DNA of 64,000 bases from a virus (lineage: Duplodnaviria; Heunggongvirae; Uroviricota; Caudoviricetes), in IMG/VR virus record IMGVR_UViG_3300035670_000017, positions 64,850-128,849 of that record; one strand, 5' to 3'. The notes under the pieces are model-generated. The model was not told the origin of the DNA. It did not search any database and saw nothing but the letters and a program-made list of their open reading frames with translations. A program made the translations under genes and the position numbers. This document shows, one piece after another, positions 35,446 through 44,190 of this stretch. How positions within the stretch are numbered: position 1 is the first letter of the stretch; each line of letters starts with the position of its first letter.

Positions 35446-36105
35446 ATGTTCAGTAACTTCATTAAAAACAAAGAAACCATTCAATTCCCATTGATGATCG
35501 CCGGTGGAGGTAATACTTATAAATCCACGATCGCTATCATCGTCGCACTGCAAAAGGCATATGAACAAGGCGGAAATTGCTCGGTTCAATTCGTTGCAAA
35601 TTGGAGTCATTTTTGCTTCGAGCAATTGATCCTCGCTGTCTCTCGTGCCACAGGAATTGATTCGCAACTGATTGAGGGGTGGTTAATTAGTAATAAGATA
35701 AACCTAAACGTCTCTTGCGAGATAGATACAAGTTCCGCAGATACCCGGTATATCATCATTGATGAAGTAGTTGAGTATCTTTGGTCGAAAGAATATCCCC
35801 CTGAGGATAGTTCGTATATTAAATATCCGACAACTATTAAGAACAATGCACTGAAGCTCCTGGAACTAACAAAGGACTATGAACTATTGTTGGTATGTCC
35901 GCTTCGAACAAACTTAGTCTTATTCACTGGCCCAGGAAGCCCTGGCCAGAGTCTTCCTCAGAAAAGACTAGACGAAGTAGTTAAAACGACGCTGGTCCCT
36001 GTTTGCAAGTCGTTTATCAATACTTCTCCATTGAAGACCAACTCATCTTTTTCTAACCCCAAGAAAATTAAAACCAGCAACGAATTTATTAAAGTCCTAG
36101 GGTGA
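35446..36105 (+). CDS. putative P-loop NTPase (219 aa, deviant Walker A)
   Basis: AAAAGGAAATACGAATG RBS-start. Walker-A-like MIAGGGNTYKST and Walker-B-like RYIIIDEVVEY. Confidence 0.4.
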   Translation: MFSNFIKNKETIQFPLMIAGGGNTYKSTIAIIVALQKAYEQGGNCSVQFVANWSHFCFEQLILAVSRATGIDSQLIEGWLISNKINLNVSCEIDTSSADTRYIIIDEVVEYLWSKEYPPEDSSYIKYPTTIKNNALKLLELTKDYELLLVCPLRTNLVLFTGPGSPGQSLPQKRLDEVVKTTLVPVCKSFINTSPLKTNSSFSNPKKIKTSNEFIKVLG

Positions 36106-36395
36106 ACATAATGCTATTCCCACATCAAAAACAGTTTATGGATGTCATAGAACAACTGACAACAACTCAAATACCTGAGCGTCCGAAATTCAATATCAAT
36201 CGTGTTTACGGAAGCATGAATTTCGACAAGACCTATGGTTCAGGCTACGATGATACGGAAGTAAGTAAATTGCTAGCGGAGCGTAAAGAAGCTAAGCGCC
36301 AGTATTTCATCAGTCGCAATCGGGTCGCAGTATCGATGAAGATCGCATCCAGTAGCACCTATATCAAAGCGCGCAATCGCAGAAAGAAACTATGA
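36102..36395 (+). CDS. hypothetical protein (97 aa)
   Basis: ATGA overlap with the upstream gene. Confidence 0.4.
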   Translation: MNIMLFPHQKQFMDVIEQLTTTQIPERPKFNINRVYGSMNFDKTYGSGYDDTEVSKLLAERKEAKRQYFISRNRVAVSMKIASSSTYIKARNRRKKL

Positions 36396-36458
36396 AACTG
36401 ATATTCTATCCTTCCCATTATAAGCACAGTGATTCAGGTAACTACCAGGAGAATCACT

Positions 36459-36710
36459 ATGTCCCGAACATTCCGCCACTCTCGCACTCACACCAGCTTC
36501 TTCGCTATGACTGCGGCTGGTCGCCTATTGGCTAAACAGACCAACTTCCATAAGCTCTTGACCGACAACCTTCGCCCTTTCTATAAGAACGAGCTGTTCG
36601 GCTATGAGCGCAAGGAGATATCACGCTTTATGCGCCGCAAGGACAATCAGTCCTTGAAGAAGGATATGGAATCCTTCATCCCTGTGAACAAAAACCAACG
36701 CAAATACTAA
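36459..36710 (+). CDS. small basic protein (83 aa from ATG 36459)
   Basis: AGGAGAATCACTATG RBS-start. Arg/Lys-rich. Confidence 0.45.
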   Translation: MSRTFRHSRTHTSFFAMTAAGRLLAKQTNFHKLLTDNLRPFYKNELFGYERKEISRFMRRKDNQSLKKDMESFIPVNKNQRKY

Positions 36711-36719
36711 TATGACATA

Positions 36720-36764
36720 CTACCTAGACCCTATGCGGTCTAGGTAGTAGTTATCTTTATTTTG
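36720..36764 (+). terminator. intrinsic terminator (ctacctagacc ctatgcg gtctaggtag + T-run)
   Basis: 11-bp stem followed by tagttatctttattttg. Confidence 0.7.
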
Positions 36765-36777
36765 AAAGGATCCATAT

Positions 36778-37455
36778 ATGTACCGAAGTGTTATGACTTC
36801 CAATAACACCCAAGTGTTCTTTCCTGAATTCAAGGCAGAACGTATTCATATGCAAAAGTTCCATAAGGAAGAAGGTCTGCCTGAATATCTCCGCCGATGG
36901 CAGGACACAGTTGACGCAATGTTGGTTGACGTTGATACGGATAATCCCATTTTCATAATGATCGATCAAGGTATTGTGAAAGCCGGGCAGCCTCATCGTC
37001 GTCCAGGTCACCATATCGATGGTTACTGGATAGAGGGCATAAGTGCACATCGCAGTGATCGAGGAGGTAGCCATCAAACAAGAGCACCTAATCATCACAC
37101 ACATCGTCAAACGCACACTTTCCGCGAACCTTCACCCGGTGGCCACGAAAATAGGCCGCGCCATGCTATCGGATCCGGTGATTCGGAATTGTTCTTGAAT
37201 CACCCTGAAGCCATCATCTTGGCTTCGGATGTATCTGGATGCATCGGATACACCGGTTCTTGGACGGGTGAGATTGGTGACGGCGGCGACTTGGAGCATC
37301 TCGATCTCAGCCACATGGAAAAGCATGTATTGCAACCCAATCACTCGTACATCGGTAACGTAGGATTCATTCATGAATCGGTTCCGATTGATTTCGACTG
37401 TCAACGAACCTTAGTTCGACTCAATGTCAAGAACTGGGAACCTAAGTTTCAGTGA
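36778..37455 (+). CDS. hypothetical protein with His/Arg/Gly-rich low-complexity centre (225 aa)
   Basis: AAAGGATCCATATATG RBS-start. Central HRRPGHHIDG...HQTRAPNHHTHRQTHTFREPSPGGHENRPRH. Confidence 0.45.
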   Translation: MYRSVMTSNNTQVFFPEFKAERIHMQKFHKEEGLPEYLRRWQDTVDAMLVDVDTDNPIFIMIDQGIVKAGQPHRRPGHHIDGYWIEGISAHRSDRGGSHQTRAPNHHTHRQTHTFREPSPGGHENRPRHAIGSGDSELFLNHPEAIILASDVSGCIGYTGSWTGEIGDGGDLEHLDLSHMEKHVLQPNHSYIGNVGFIHESVPIDFDCQRTLVRLNVKNWEPKFQ

Positions 37456-37477
37456 ACATTTCAAGAAAGGAAAACAA

Positions 37478-37762
37478 ATGACTGACGCTATTCAACCAGA
37501 TAACCCAAAGCATCCATCGCAGAAAGTTCGAGACCTGCTCGAAACAGTAACTATGACGGAAGATGTCATCCGTCATTATAAGAGCGATCAAGATTGCCCA
37601 GCTTCCGTTCGAACATTAGCTCTTCTGGCACTGAAACCAGCGATCAGTGCGTGTGGTTATATCCGACGTTCTGATCTTGATTGCGATGAAACCACCGCTA
37701 TCAAGATCATTATCATTGACTTGATCGGCATCTATGGAAAAAACGGGCATTACTACGATTAA
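37478..37762 (+). CDS. hypothetical protein (94 aa from ATG 37478)
   Basis: AAAGGAAAACAAATG RBS-start. Confidence 0.45.
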   Translation: MTDAIQPDNPKHPSQKVRDLLETVTMTEDVIRHYKSDQDCPASVRTLALLALKPAISACGYIRRSDLDCDETTAIKIIIIDLIGIYGKNGHYYD

Positions 37763-37773
37763 TCGAAAGGATC

Positions 37774-38343
37774 ATGAACATGAATATCAAACGAACCGCT
37801 GTTTATGCAACTGGATATAGTCCAGCGATCGCGCTAGACTCTCTAGTCAACGGCACTTCATCGGAATATGAAGAAACCATCGTAGTTCCCTATGGTGAAA
37901 AGAAAGATGGTGCTTGGACTACTCCTATCACATTGACTGTTAAGAAAGACAGTGAAAACACTACGCTGACTTATGAGGGTCCCGATTTCACAGAAGAGAT
38001 CATTCATCTTCTCTTGGCGCGAGGACTCAAAGATAGTCACTTTTTCTTGCTACTGACTATTCCTTTGCCGGACGACTTTTCACGAGGCGATCCTCGTTTG
38101 GCTGTTGTTGTCCGAAGTGAGAAGGACTTCCGTCTCCTTAACGAATTCACTACGTTCACTGAACGTCTTCCAGATAAAGACAACTGCTTTCCTTATATCT
38201 TCGGGGTTGAGCAAGAGGAACTCTATGGACGTCACTTCATAGGCGATATGACTGTGCAAGAAGCACTGGAATATTTCTCAGCTCTGACTAATTTCCTAAA
38301 GGAAACAAAAGAACAAATCGAGAATGAAAAAACTGATCATTGA
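37774..38343 (+). CDS. hypothetical protein (189 aa)
   Basis: CGAAAGGATCATG RBS-start. Confidence 0.5.
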   Translation: MNMNIKRTAVYATGYSPAIALDSLVNGTSSEYEETIVVPYGEKKDGAWTTPITLTVKKDSENTTLTYEGPDFTEEIIHLLLARGLKDSHFFLLLTIPLPDDFSRGDPRLAVVVRSEKDFRLLNEFTTFTERLPDKDNCFPYIFGVEQEELYGRHFIGDMTVQEALEYFSALTNFLKETKEQIENEKTDH

Positions 38344-38662
38344 ACGACCGGCGACAGTTGTCATTTTCCTGCTCATATTGTTGCTCACGATATCCTGGCA
38401 GGCGAGTCTAGTAGACAGAAAAGCGATCGAGAACTGTACGACGCCTCAGTTGGTGAAGAGCGTAGATAACTGTCATCGGACAGGTAAGAAATATGTCTGC
38501 AGCATCGAAACTGAAGTCGGTGTATGGAAAACAGCCTTGAAGAATTTCCCTGGAGGAATTGTTCAATCCGGCGATCGGGTCTATACGTGTGACATGAAAC
38601 TGTACGGGCGGTATTATGACAGGGAATACCGTTTAGTCTGTAAGAACTCCCGCTGTCTTTGA
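38324..38662 (+). CDS. membrane-anchored Cys-rich protein (112 aa)
   Basis: N-terminal TM helix VVIFLLILLLTISW, then six Cys. Confidence 0.4.
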   Translation: MKKLIIERPATVVIFLLILLLTISWQASLVDRKAIENCTTPQLVKSVDNCHRTGKKYVCSIETEVGVWKTALKNFPGGIVQSGDRVYTCDMKLYGRYYDREYRLVCKNSRCL

Positions 38663-38671
38663 AAGGAAGTT

Positions 38672-39424
38672 ATGTCAGAGGTAACGAAAGAAAATCAAGC
38701 TGTGCCTTTGGTCTTGTTCTCCGGTGGTTTGGACTCCACTGCTGTACTGGAATGGGCTCTGAAAGAATACCGCAGAGTCGATGTCCTTAGCTTTGAGATG
38801 AGTGGACAGCCTGAGAAATCTCAAAAGGAGGAGAAAGCTCGAAGGGCTATCTTTCTGGAATTATCGAGGCTTCATGCTGAAGATCCTAAGACCTACGGTG
38901 AAATTGGGATGCATTTTGTAGAACGCATTCCCGGCCTTAAGCGTTTTCACTGTTCGTCTCGAATGCCTCAGATGGCAGGTTGGTTAGGTGCTACTCCTAA
39001 TTACGTATCCATGCAGACCAATGCAGTGTATGTCGGCACCGTTTTAGGGGATACGCAAGGCACTCGTTTCACTGACGCACAATGGGCGTGGTCTTATCTC
39101 TGTTCCACTACTGAGACAACTGGTTTCGAAGGCCAAGCTCCTCAGCTAGAAGCCCCTTATCGATATAAGACCAAGAACGAGTTATTGGAGCTGGTGTCTC
39201 CTTCCTTGTTGCAACATGTCCAGTGGTGTGAAGGTAAGGACGAAGGAGATTGCGGTAAGTGTGATTCCTGTCTACGGATGCTGCAAGTCGCAGCCATTTC
39301 TTCGACCCTTCATCCGGAGATTTATGACGCATCTCTGTTAAAGGATCGTCTTCACCAACTGCTGGTGTGTCATCGAAAAACATCATTGTACTCGGAAGAT
39401 GTATCCGTACCGAATACTCAATAA
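38672..39424 (+). CDS. QueC-like PP-loop ATP pyrophosphatase (250 aa)
   Basis: PP-loop LFSGGLDSTAVLEWAL. C-terminal Cys cluster WCEGKDEGDCGKCDSCLRM like the QueC zinc site CxxxxxxxGCGxCxxC. Confidence 0.55.
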   Translation: MSEVTKENQAVPLVLFSGGLDSTAVLEWALKEYRRVDVLSFEMSGQPEKSQKEEKARRAIFLELSRLHAEDPKTYGEIGMHFVERIPGLKRFHCSSRMPQMAGWLGATPNYVSMQTNAVYVGTVLGDTQGTRFTDAQWAWSYLCSTTETTGFEGQAPQLEAPYRYKTKNELLELVSPSLLQHVQWCEGKDEGDCGKCDSCLRMLQVAAISSTLHPEIYDASLLKDRLHQLLVCHRKTSLYSEDVSVPNTQ

Positions 39425-39451
39425 ACCATTTCAAATGAACGGAAAATAAAC

Positions 39452-39904
39452 ATGCATGAACTCCATCAACTCTTAGCTATTGAAGGCTTCACTGGTGCTG
39501 GCTCCATCTTACAAGCTGCTAAGTCTCAGGACAATACACAGTTTGTTCGACCTGAAGAAAACCGTGTCTTCTCCAACGGGATGCGCCCTATCCATCCCGG
39601 TGAGATCATCGGTGAATATCTTCAAGATGGTCAAACCGCGTATGACTTTGCACGTATGCTGAACCAACCCGTCAAGCTAGTAAAGAACATTTTGGCCTGT
39701 AAGGTTCTTCCTCCAGCCACGTTCTATCTGGCCATCGCTCAGTACTTTGACAGTACACTGAACTTCTGGCTCAGTCTTCATAATGAATTCATCGAGAAGA
39801 AGATCAAGCAAGGAAGCACCTGGTACAACCAGACCCACTATCTCTATTTGGATGTGGTCCTCTGGGAAAACCTAAAACCAGTCGGTATGGAAAACATCGA
39901 CTGA
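39452..39904 (+). CDS. HigA/VapI-family HTH (XRE-type) antitoxin-like protein (150 aa)
   Basis: RPIHPGEIIGEYLQD ... LVKNILACKVLPPATFYLAIAQYFDSTLNFWLSLHNEF matches the HigA-family signature. No adjacent HigB-like ORF. Confidence 0.6.
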   Translation: MHELHQLLAIEGFTGAGSILQAAKSQDNTQFVRPEENRVFSNGMRPIHPGEIIGEYLQDGQTAYDFARMLNQPVKLVKNILACKVLPPATFYLAIAQYFDSTLNFWLSLHNEFIEKKIKQGSTWYNQTHYLYLDVVLWENLKPVGMENID

Positions 39905-39914
39905 TCGTTAACTG

Positions 39915-39968
39915 ATATCACACACCCGGGATTTCCCAGGTGTGTGATATAGCTTTTTATTTTTTAGA
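39915..39968 (+). terminator. intrinsic terminator (atatcacacacc ... ggtgtgtgatat + T-run)
   Basis: 12-bp outer stem followed by agctttttattttttag. Confidence 0.7.
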
Positions 39969-39981
39969 ACAAACAAGAACA

Positions 39982-40015
39982 CTCATCACTTCCTGGGAAA
40001 CCAGGAAGTGATGAG
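39982..40015 (+). other. second long hairpin (ctcatcacttcctgg gaaa ccaggaagtgatgag) between terminator and motif copy 6
   Basis: 15-bp perfect stem with GAAA loop. Confidence 0.5.
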
Positions 40016-40036
40016 GTCTTATAAAAGTTTTCATTC

Positions 40037-40055
40037 ACATATACTTAACTTGAGA
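40037..40055 (+). promoter_or_regulatory. motif copy 6 CATATACTTAACTTGAGAG
   Basis: 70 bp upstream of ATG 40125. Confidence 0.5.
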
Positions 40056-40124
40056 GAATAGCCGTTCTCTTAAGTCAATCAGAGCGACTTGCTCTAATCA
40101 TCAATTTTTCGAAGGAGATAGTAT

Positions 40125-40439
40125 ATGTTGAAAACTGAAGCTTACTACGGAGCCAATATCATTAAACAAATAATGACCAATAACGACTTCTCTGATGCCA
40201 CCAACTGGCAACTCTTCGAGCCAGATCTCGATTTACCAAGACCATATGTCCTTCGGGGTGTTCTCATTGATCCAGCTAAAGACTGGAACCAGGATGAAGT
40301 TAGCAGCTACTTCCAGAAAAAGAAACAACGCCTATTAGACAGATACGAAGAAAAGAAAAGGTTAAACGCCATCACTAGACCCCAGGCCAGGGTCATCAAT
40401 AACATTAGCAGGAGCAGTCTTCCACTATATATGCGTTAA
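40125..40439 (+). CDS. hypothetical protein (104 aa)
   Basis: AAGGAGATAGTATATG RBS-start. Confidence 0.55.
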   Translation: MLKTEAYYGANIIKQIMTNNDFSDATNWQLFEPDLDLPRPYVLRGVLIDPAKDWNQDEVSSYFQKKKQRLLDRYEEKKRLNAITRPQARVINNISRSSLPLYMR

Positions 40440-40530
40440 CTCTTTCTTTTAACAAGTCTGCTTTAGGGATATTAAAAAACGACATAAAAGCTTCATACAG
40501 TGACACCAACTCACTGTTTAAGGAGCCGTT

Positions 40531-40890
40531 ATGTTGCCTCTCATCCCTGGTTTGCCTGCTCTCTTGGGAGCTGCGGTAGCCTTTATCGGTAAATCTGTAA
40601 TTCAACAATCTTGCATGCCGTCTCTTCCTGCAAAAGGCCGCTTGCCTTTCCTAGCACACGCTGGAGGTCAATACGACGAACGATTTGTCACATTGGACTC
40701 CACCCTAAGAGACGCTCAAGAACGCGTTAATAACGGCGGCACTAATGACGAAGCTTTTCAACTCATGGCAATAGAGCAGCAAATACAGATCATGAAAGAC
40801 TGTGGTTGTGCTGAATGGGAATTTGAAGGGATCATGGGTGATCTGCGAGAACTCGCTAAAGATAGTCCACTGGACATCGACACATTTTAA
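40531..40890 (+). CDS. hypothetical protein (119 aa)
   Basis: AAGGAGCCGTTATG RBS-start. Confidence 0.55.
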   Translation: MLPLIPGLPALLGAAVAFIGKSVIQQSCMPSLPAKGRLPFLAHAGGQYDERFVTLDSTLRDAQERVNNGGTNDEAFQLMAIEQQIQIMKDCGCAEWEFEGIMGDLRELAKDSPLDIDTF

Positions 40891-40891
40891 A

Positions 40892-40946
40892 GTACACAGT
40901 TACCCTTGTTGGGTAACTGTGTACCTGTTTCTATATTTTTTTGTTT
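40892..40946 (+). terminator. intrinsic terminator (gtacacagttaccc ttgtt gggtaactgtgtac + T-run)
   Basis: 14-bp stem followed by ctgtttctatatttttttgtttatat. Confidence 0.75.
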
Positions 40947-40965
40947 ATATATACCCTACTTGAGT
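40947..40965 (+). promoter_or_regulatory. motif copy 7 TATATACCCTACTTGAGTC
   Basis: 69 bp upstream of ATG 41034. Confidence 0.5.
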
Positions 40966-41033
40966 CATGATGAATAATTGACTTGCGCTCTCTATTAACT
41001 GAGGGGATTTTCTCTCAAACCCAAGGAAACAAA

Positions 41034-42641
41034 ATGTCCGAACAAAATCTGGTTACTTCTATTTCTGAAACCAATCAAAATACTCTGCTCAACGCAGACC
41101 AGGCCAATGCGCGCACACAAGTTCTGCGCGCAGCTATTCGTACACGCATCCAAGATCTGATTACAGAAGGTGCGGCTTTCATTCGCACTGAACGAAAAGT
41201 CAACAAGGCCAACTCCTGGTTGCGTGAACAAATGCAACCCGAAGCGCGTGGCGTCTACAAGTGCCGCTGCTGTAGCGAGTTCTTCGAAGACTTCTCTCGC
41301 GTGGGTTACGTGAACTTCCAGGGCTCTGCGCAAAATATCCTGGCCGAAGTACTGAATGCAACCTTGGGCACGAACTTCCCGACTCGTGCAGAGATCATTG
41401 AATCCATGCGCCTGACTACTGCGATGACTAACGCGGAAAAGGGAGGCTGGGAACATTACTTCGCCTTCACTCCAGAAGAGATCGAACAACTCAACGAAGA
41501 CTATGTCTTCGACCCGATGTTGTCCGCAGTCATTGCACGGAACTACTTCAACAAGCGTTTGCCTGCCAAAGACATCGCTCAATTCATCGCTGACGTAGAA
41601 GAGAAAATCTACAACAAGGCAGCTTTTGGTCCCGTGAAGCAATTCTTGGAGTTCATGAAGACTGCCCCGTTGATGAATGTGTCTGCTGCGCAAGCTGCTG
41701 CTTTGGTCAATGTCAAGGAATACCGCTTCCTGCGGCACCTGAACGGCACGGCTGCTCATACGTACTTTATCAGCCCTCTGCAGTCGGCAGGCGCTTACAA
41801 AGCTGATCCACTTTGGGAAACCAACATCGATGACTTCAACCGCGTGACAGATCCTGATGTCTACAAGAAGAAGGTCGCAGAAGCCAATACTCAAAACTTG
41901 CTCCAGATGCAAAAGCTTTTGGAAGAAAAGGGTTGCGAGAACATCTTCGAGCGCCGCTTGGCTAGCATCGGTGACGTGAAACTCACATGGATGCCTGCCG
42001 AAGATGACAAGCCCGAGCCTGAGGTTAAAGGTACGTCGCTGATGCACAAGCTGGTCAGCAAAGCGGTCAATGAACGTGAAGAGTCGAAGGGAAATGACTA
42101 CTCCTTCAATGGTAATGCGACGAAAGTTTCTCTTGCTACTTTCAGCAAACTCTACCCACAGGCAACAGCCATCAAGATCTTGGGCGGTACCTTCTATGTC
42201 GCCTTCACATCTATCGCTACCAAACCTGGTAACTTCGATGAGATCATGAATTGCGGTGAGAATGCGTCTACAACATTGATGTTCACAAATCCTGTCCAGT
42301 TGGGCGGCACTGTGCACGATGCGATTGCTGCGTTCGAGGCCCCTCCTTATTCTCAGCAAGAAGGACAGGATGTGATTCACTTTGTTATCCAACCAGCGAT
42401 CAAGCATGTCCAAAGCGTCGGCCTGGATAAGCTCAGCGGCGGCATCATCGGTACCTGCATCAAGAGCAAGTACAACGGCATCTCCCGTCCTCTGACGGAG
42501 CTGGCCACCCAGGTGACTCTGGAAGAACCACTGGACAAGGAACCATGGGCTTGCTCGGTACCCGTGTCCATGAAGCGCACAGTAGCTTTGATGGATCCTG
42601 ATGGCATCTGGAAGACCTACCAAATCACTTCTAAGGAATAA
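41034..42641 (+). CDS. hypothetical protein (535 aa from ATG 41034), GC3-rich codon usage (probably highly expressed)
   Basis: CAAGGAAACAAAATG RBS-start. Codon usage resembles 17532..19460. The long antisense ORF 40995..42623 is read as a shadow. Confidence 0.6.
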   Translation: MSEQNLVTSISETNQNTLLNADQANARTQVLRAAIRTRIQDLITEGAAFIRTERKVNKANSWLREQMQPEARGVYKCRCCSEFFEDFSRVGYVNFQGSAQNILAEVLNATLGTNFPTRAEIIESMRLTTAMTNAEKGGWEHYFAFTPEEIEQLNEDYVFDPMLSAVIARNYFNKRLPAKDIAQFIADVEEKIYNKAAFGPVKQFLEFMKTAPLMNVSAAQAAALVNVKEYRFLRHLNGTAAHTYFISPLQSAGAYKADPLWETNIDDFNRVTDPDVYKKKVAEANTQNLLQMQKLLEEKGCENIFERRLASIGDVKLTWMPAEDDKPEPEVKGTSLMHKLVSKAVNEREESKGNDYSFNGNATKVSLATFSKLYPQATAIKILGGTFYVAFTSIATKPGNFDEIMNCGENASTTLMFTNPVQLGGTVHDAIAAFEAPPYSQQEGQDVIHFVIQPAIKHVQSVGLDKLSGGIIGTCIKSKYNGISRPLTELATQVTLEEPLDKEPWACSVPVSMKRTVALMDPDGIWKTYQITSKE

Positions 42642-42652
42642 GTTCCTCCACT

Positions 42653-42695
42653 GATACTACTAGAGGCAGTGCCTCTAGTAGTATCATTTTTAAGG
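42653..42695 (+). terminator. intrinsic terminator (gatactactagaggc agt gcctctagtagtatc + T-run)
   Basis: 15-bp perfect stem followed by atttttaagg. Confidence 0.7.
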
Positions 42696-42700
42696 TTTAC

Positions 42701-43091
42701 TATGACTTTCATGAAATCGAAAATTAGGGAGCTGGCTTCTAGCCTGCTGTTTTGGGACTTGACTACAGACGACGTCGATAAGAAACTTGAACGTAAAGAG
42801 CGTCTGGAGTATTTTACTCTGATTGGTTTGAACGTCAAGGATAATCGTCGAACTCTGGAGATGTTCCGTTCAGCAGCCAACGCTACTCGAATAGAATACC
42901 AGAAACATCGAGCACTGAATGGCGCCGTAGGTGACGATGAGGTGATCAAGAAGCTTCGTAAGATCGAGGATATTGATATTCGCTTACCCGCTTCTGATGT
43001 GATTATCTACATTCAGCCCGCTCATATCTACTTCACAAAGGAAACAATGAAATGCCAACCATCGCTGAGCACATCAAAGCCAAACGTCTGA
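42701..43091 (+). CDS. hypothetical protein (130 aa from ATG 42701)
   Basis: The track's ATG 42669 lies inside the terminator hairpin, so the later ATG is preferred. Confidence 0.4.
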
Positions 43092-43744
43092 TCGAAGTCA
43101 AGTCGGCGGATTCTGTCAGTAAGCTACGGGTAGTGGAGTTCATCTTTGTGAACGATACTCGGCGTGTCGTGTCTGTCGGTAATTCCCGGTGCCCGTTCAC
43201 ATACATGGAGAATTTCTATTCTCGCTGCCGCGGTCGGAAGATAGATAACACAAGTTACATGTCTTTCACTCGGTTGACTGAAAGCACCACAAAGCACGAA
43301 TGGCGAATCTACGCCAGTACGAACAATAAGTTCGGTGCGGATGGAATCATCAGTGATGTGGTCCGTGAAACGGGTTACATGTTTTTAGGTCGTCTGCCTA
43401 AGTACAAAAACAATGAACTGAAGAAAACCAATTTCTCCATGTTCAAGGTAACTGCCAATAAGAGTACATTGGTGCGGTATATTCACACCCGCACTACAAC
43501 TCCTGAGACAGTCATTATTGGACGCGTACTAGGCAACCTCCGATCTGGTATGTCCAGTAGTCAGGGTAATCGGGTCAAACTAGGTATGAACCCAAAGTGG
43601 CCAGAGATCCGAGAAGCATTTATGACTTCCACTGAGTTCAAGGTGACTCGGATGGAGGATCACGAATACAATCTGGACAAGCTCAAGAGCGCTACGACAG
43701 TAAGTCGAGACCTCAATAACCAAGCTATTCGAGAAGCAAAATAA
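43052..43744 (+). CDS. hypothetical protein (230 aa)
   Basis: AAAGGAAACAATGAAATG RBS-start. Confidence 0.5.
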   Translation: MPTIAEHIKAKRLIEVKSADSVSKLRVVEFIFVNDTRRVVSVGNSRCPFTYMENFYSRCRGRKIDNTSYMSFTRLTESTTKHEWRIYASTNNKFGADGIISDVVRETGYMFLGRLPKYKNNELKKTNFSMFKVTANKSTLVRYIHTRTTTPETVIIGRVLGNLRSGMSSSQGNRVKLGMNPKWPEIREAFMTSTEFKVTRMEDHEYNLDKLKSATTVSRDLNNQAIREAK

Positions 43745-44176
43745 ATGAAAGACAACTTCGTAACCATTCACCAGGATATTCTGCATGCCTTGATTCGGCG
43801 TATCGAGAGGTCTGACCATCCGAACCCTTCTTTGACAAACATGGCTCGGCGTCATACTCGTAAATACAATCCGAAATACAAGCAGCTATATCTTCAGCAA
43901 CTGACTGCTAAAAAGCAGGCTGTGTCGGAGAGGGTTACGCAGGCCAAAGCTTTCTTGCGTGCTCATCGAGACAAAGTACTGCGATACCCAGGGTACAACT
44001 ATTGCATGACCAAAGGCATCCCTGAGGCTGAGCATTTAGCCTTATGTGACAAGCTACGGATGCTTTATGTATATAAGGCGTCTGGAGAAATCGTCTGTTC
44101 TGTGGACGATGGGAATTTCAAAACTGAACTTAGGGTTAGTCTTTCCATGATCATGGATCTCAACCCCGAAATTTAA
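43745..44176 (+). CDS. hypothetical protein (143 aa)
   Basis: TAAATG stop-start junction. Confidence 0.45.
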   Translation: MKDNFVTIHQDILHALIRRIERSDHPNPSLTNMARRHTRKYNPKYKQLYLQQLTAKKQAVSERVTQAKAFLRAHRDKVLRYPGYNYCMTKGIPEAEHLALCDKLRMLYVYKASGEIVCSVDDGNFKTELRVSLSMIMDLNPEI

Positions 44177-44190
44177 AAGGACACACAATC

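Noticed and set aside
40995-42623. 542-aa minus-strand ORF antisense to 41034..42641
   Set aside because: The reasoning is the same as above: a shadow ORF of a GC3-rich + gene. The + orientation is supported by the terminator-motif-RBS arrangement.
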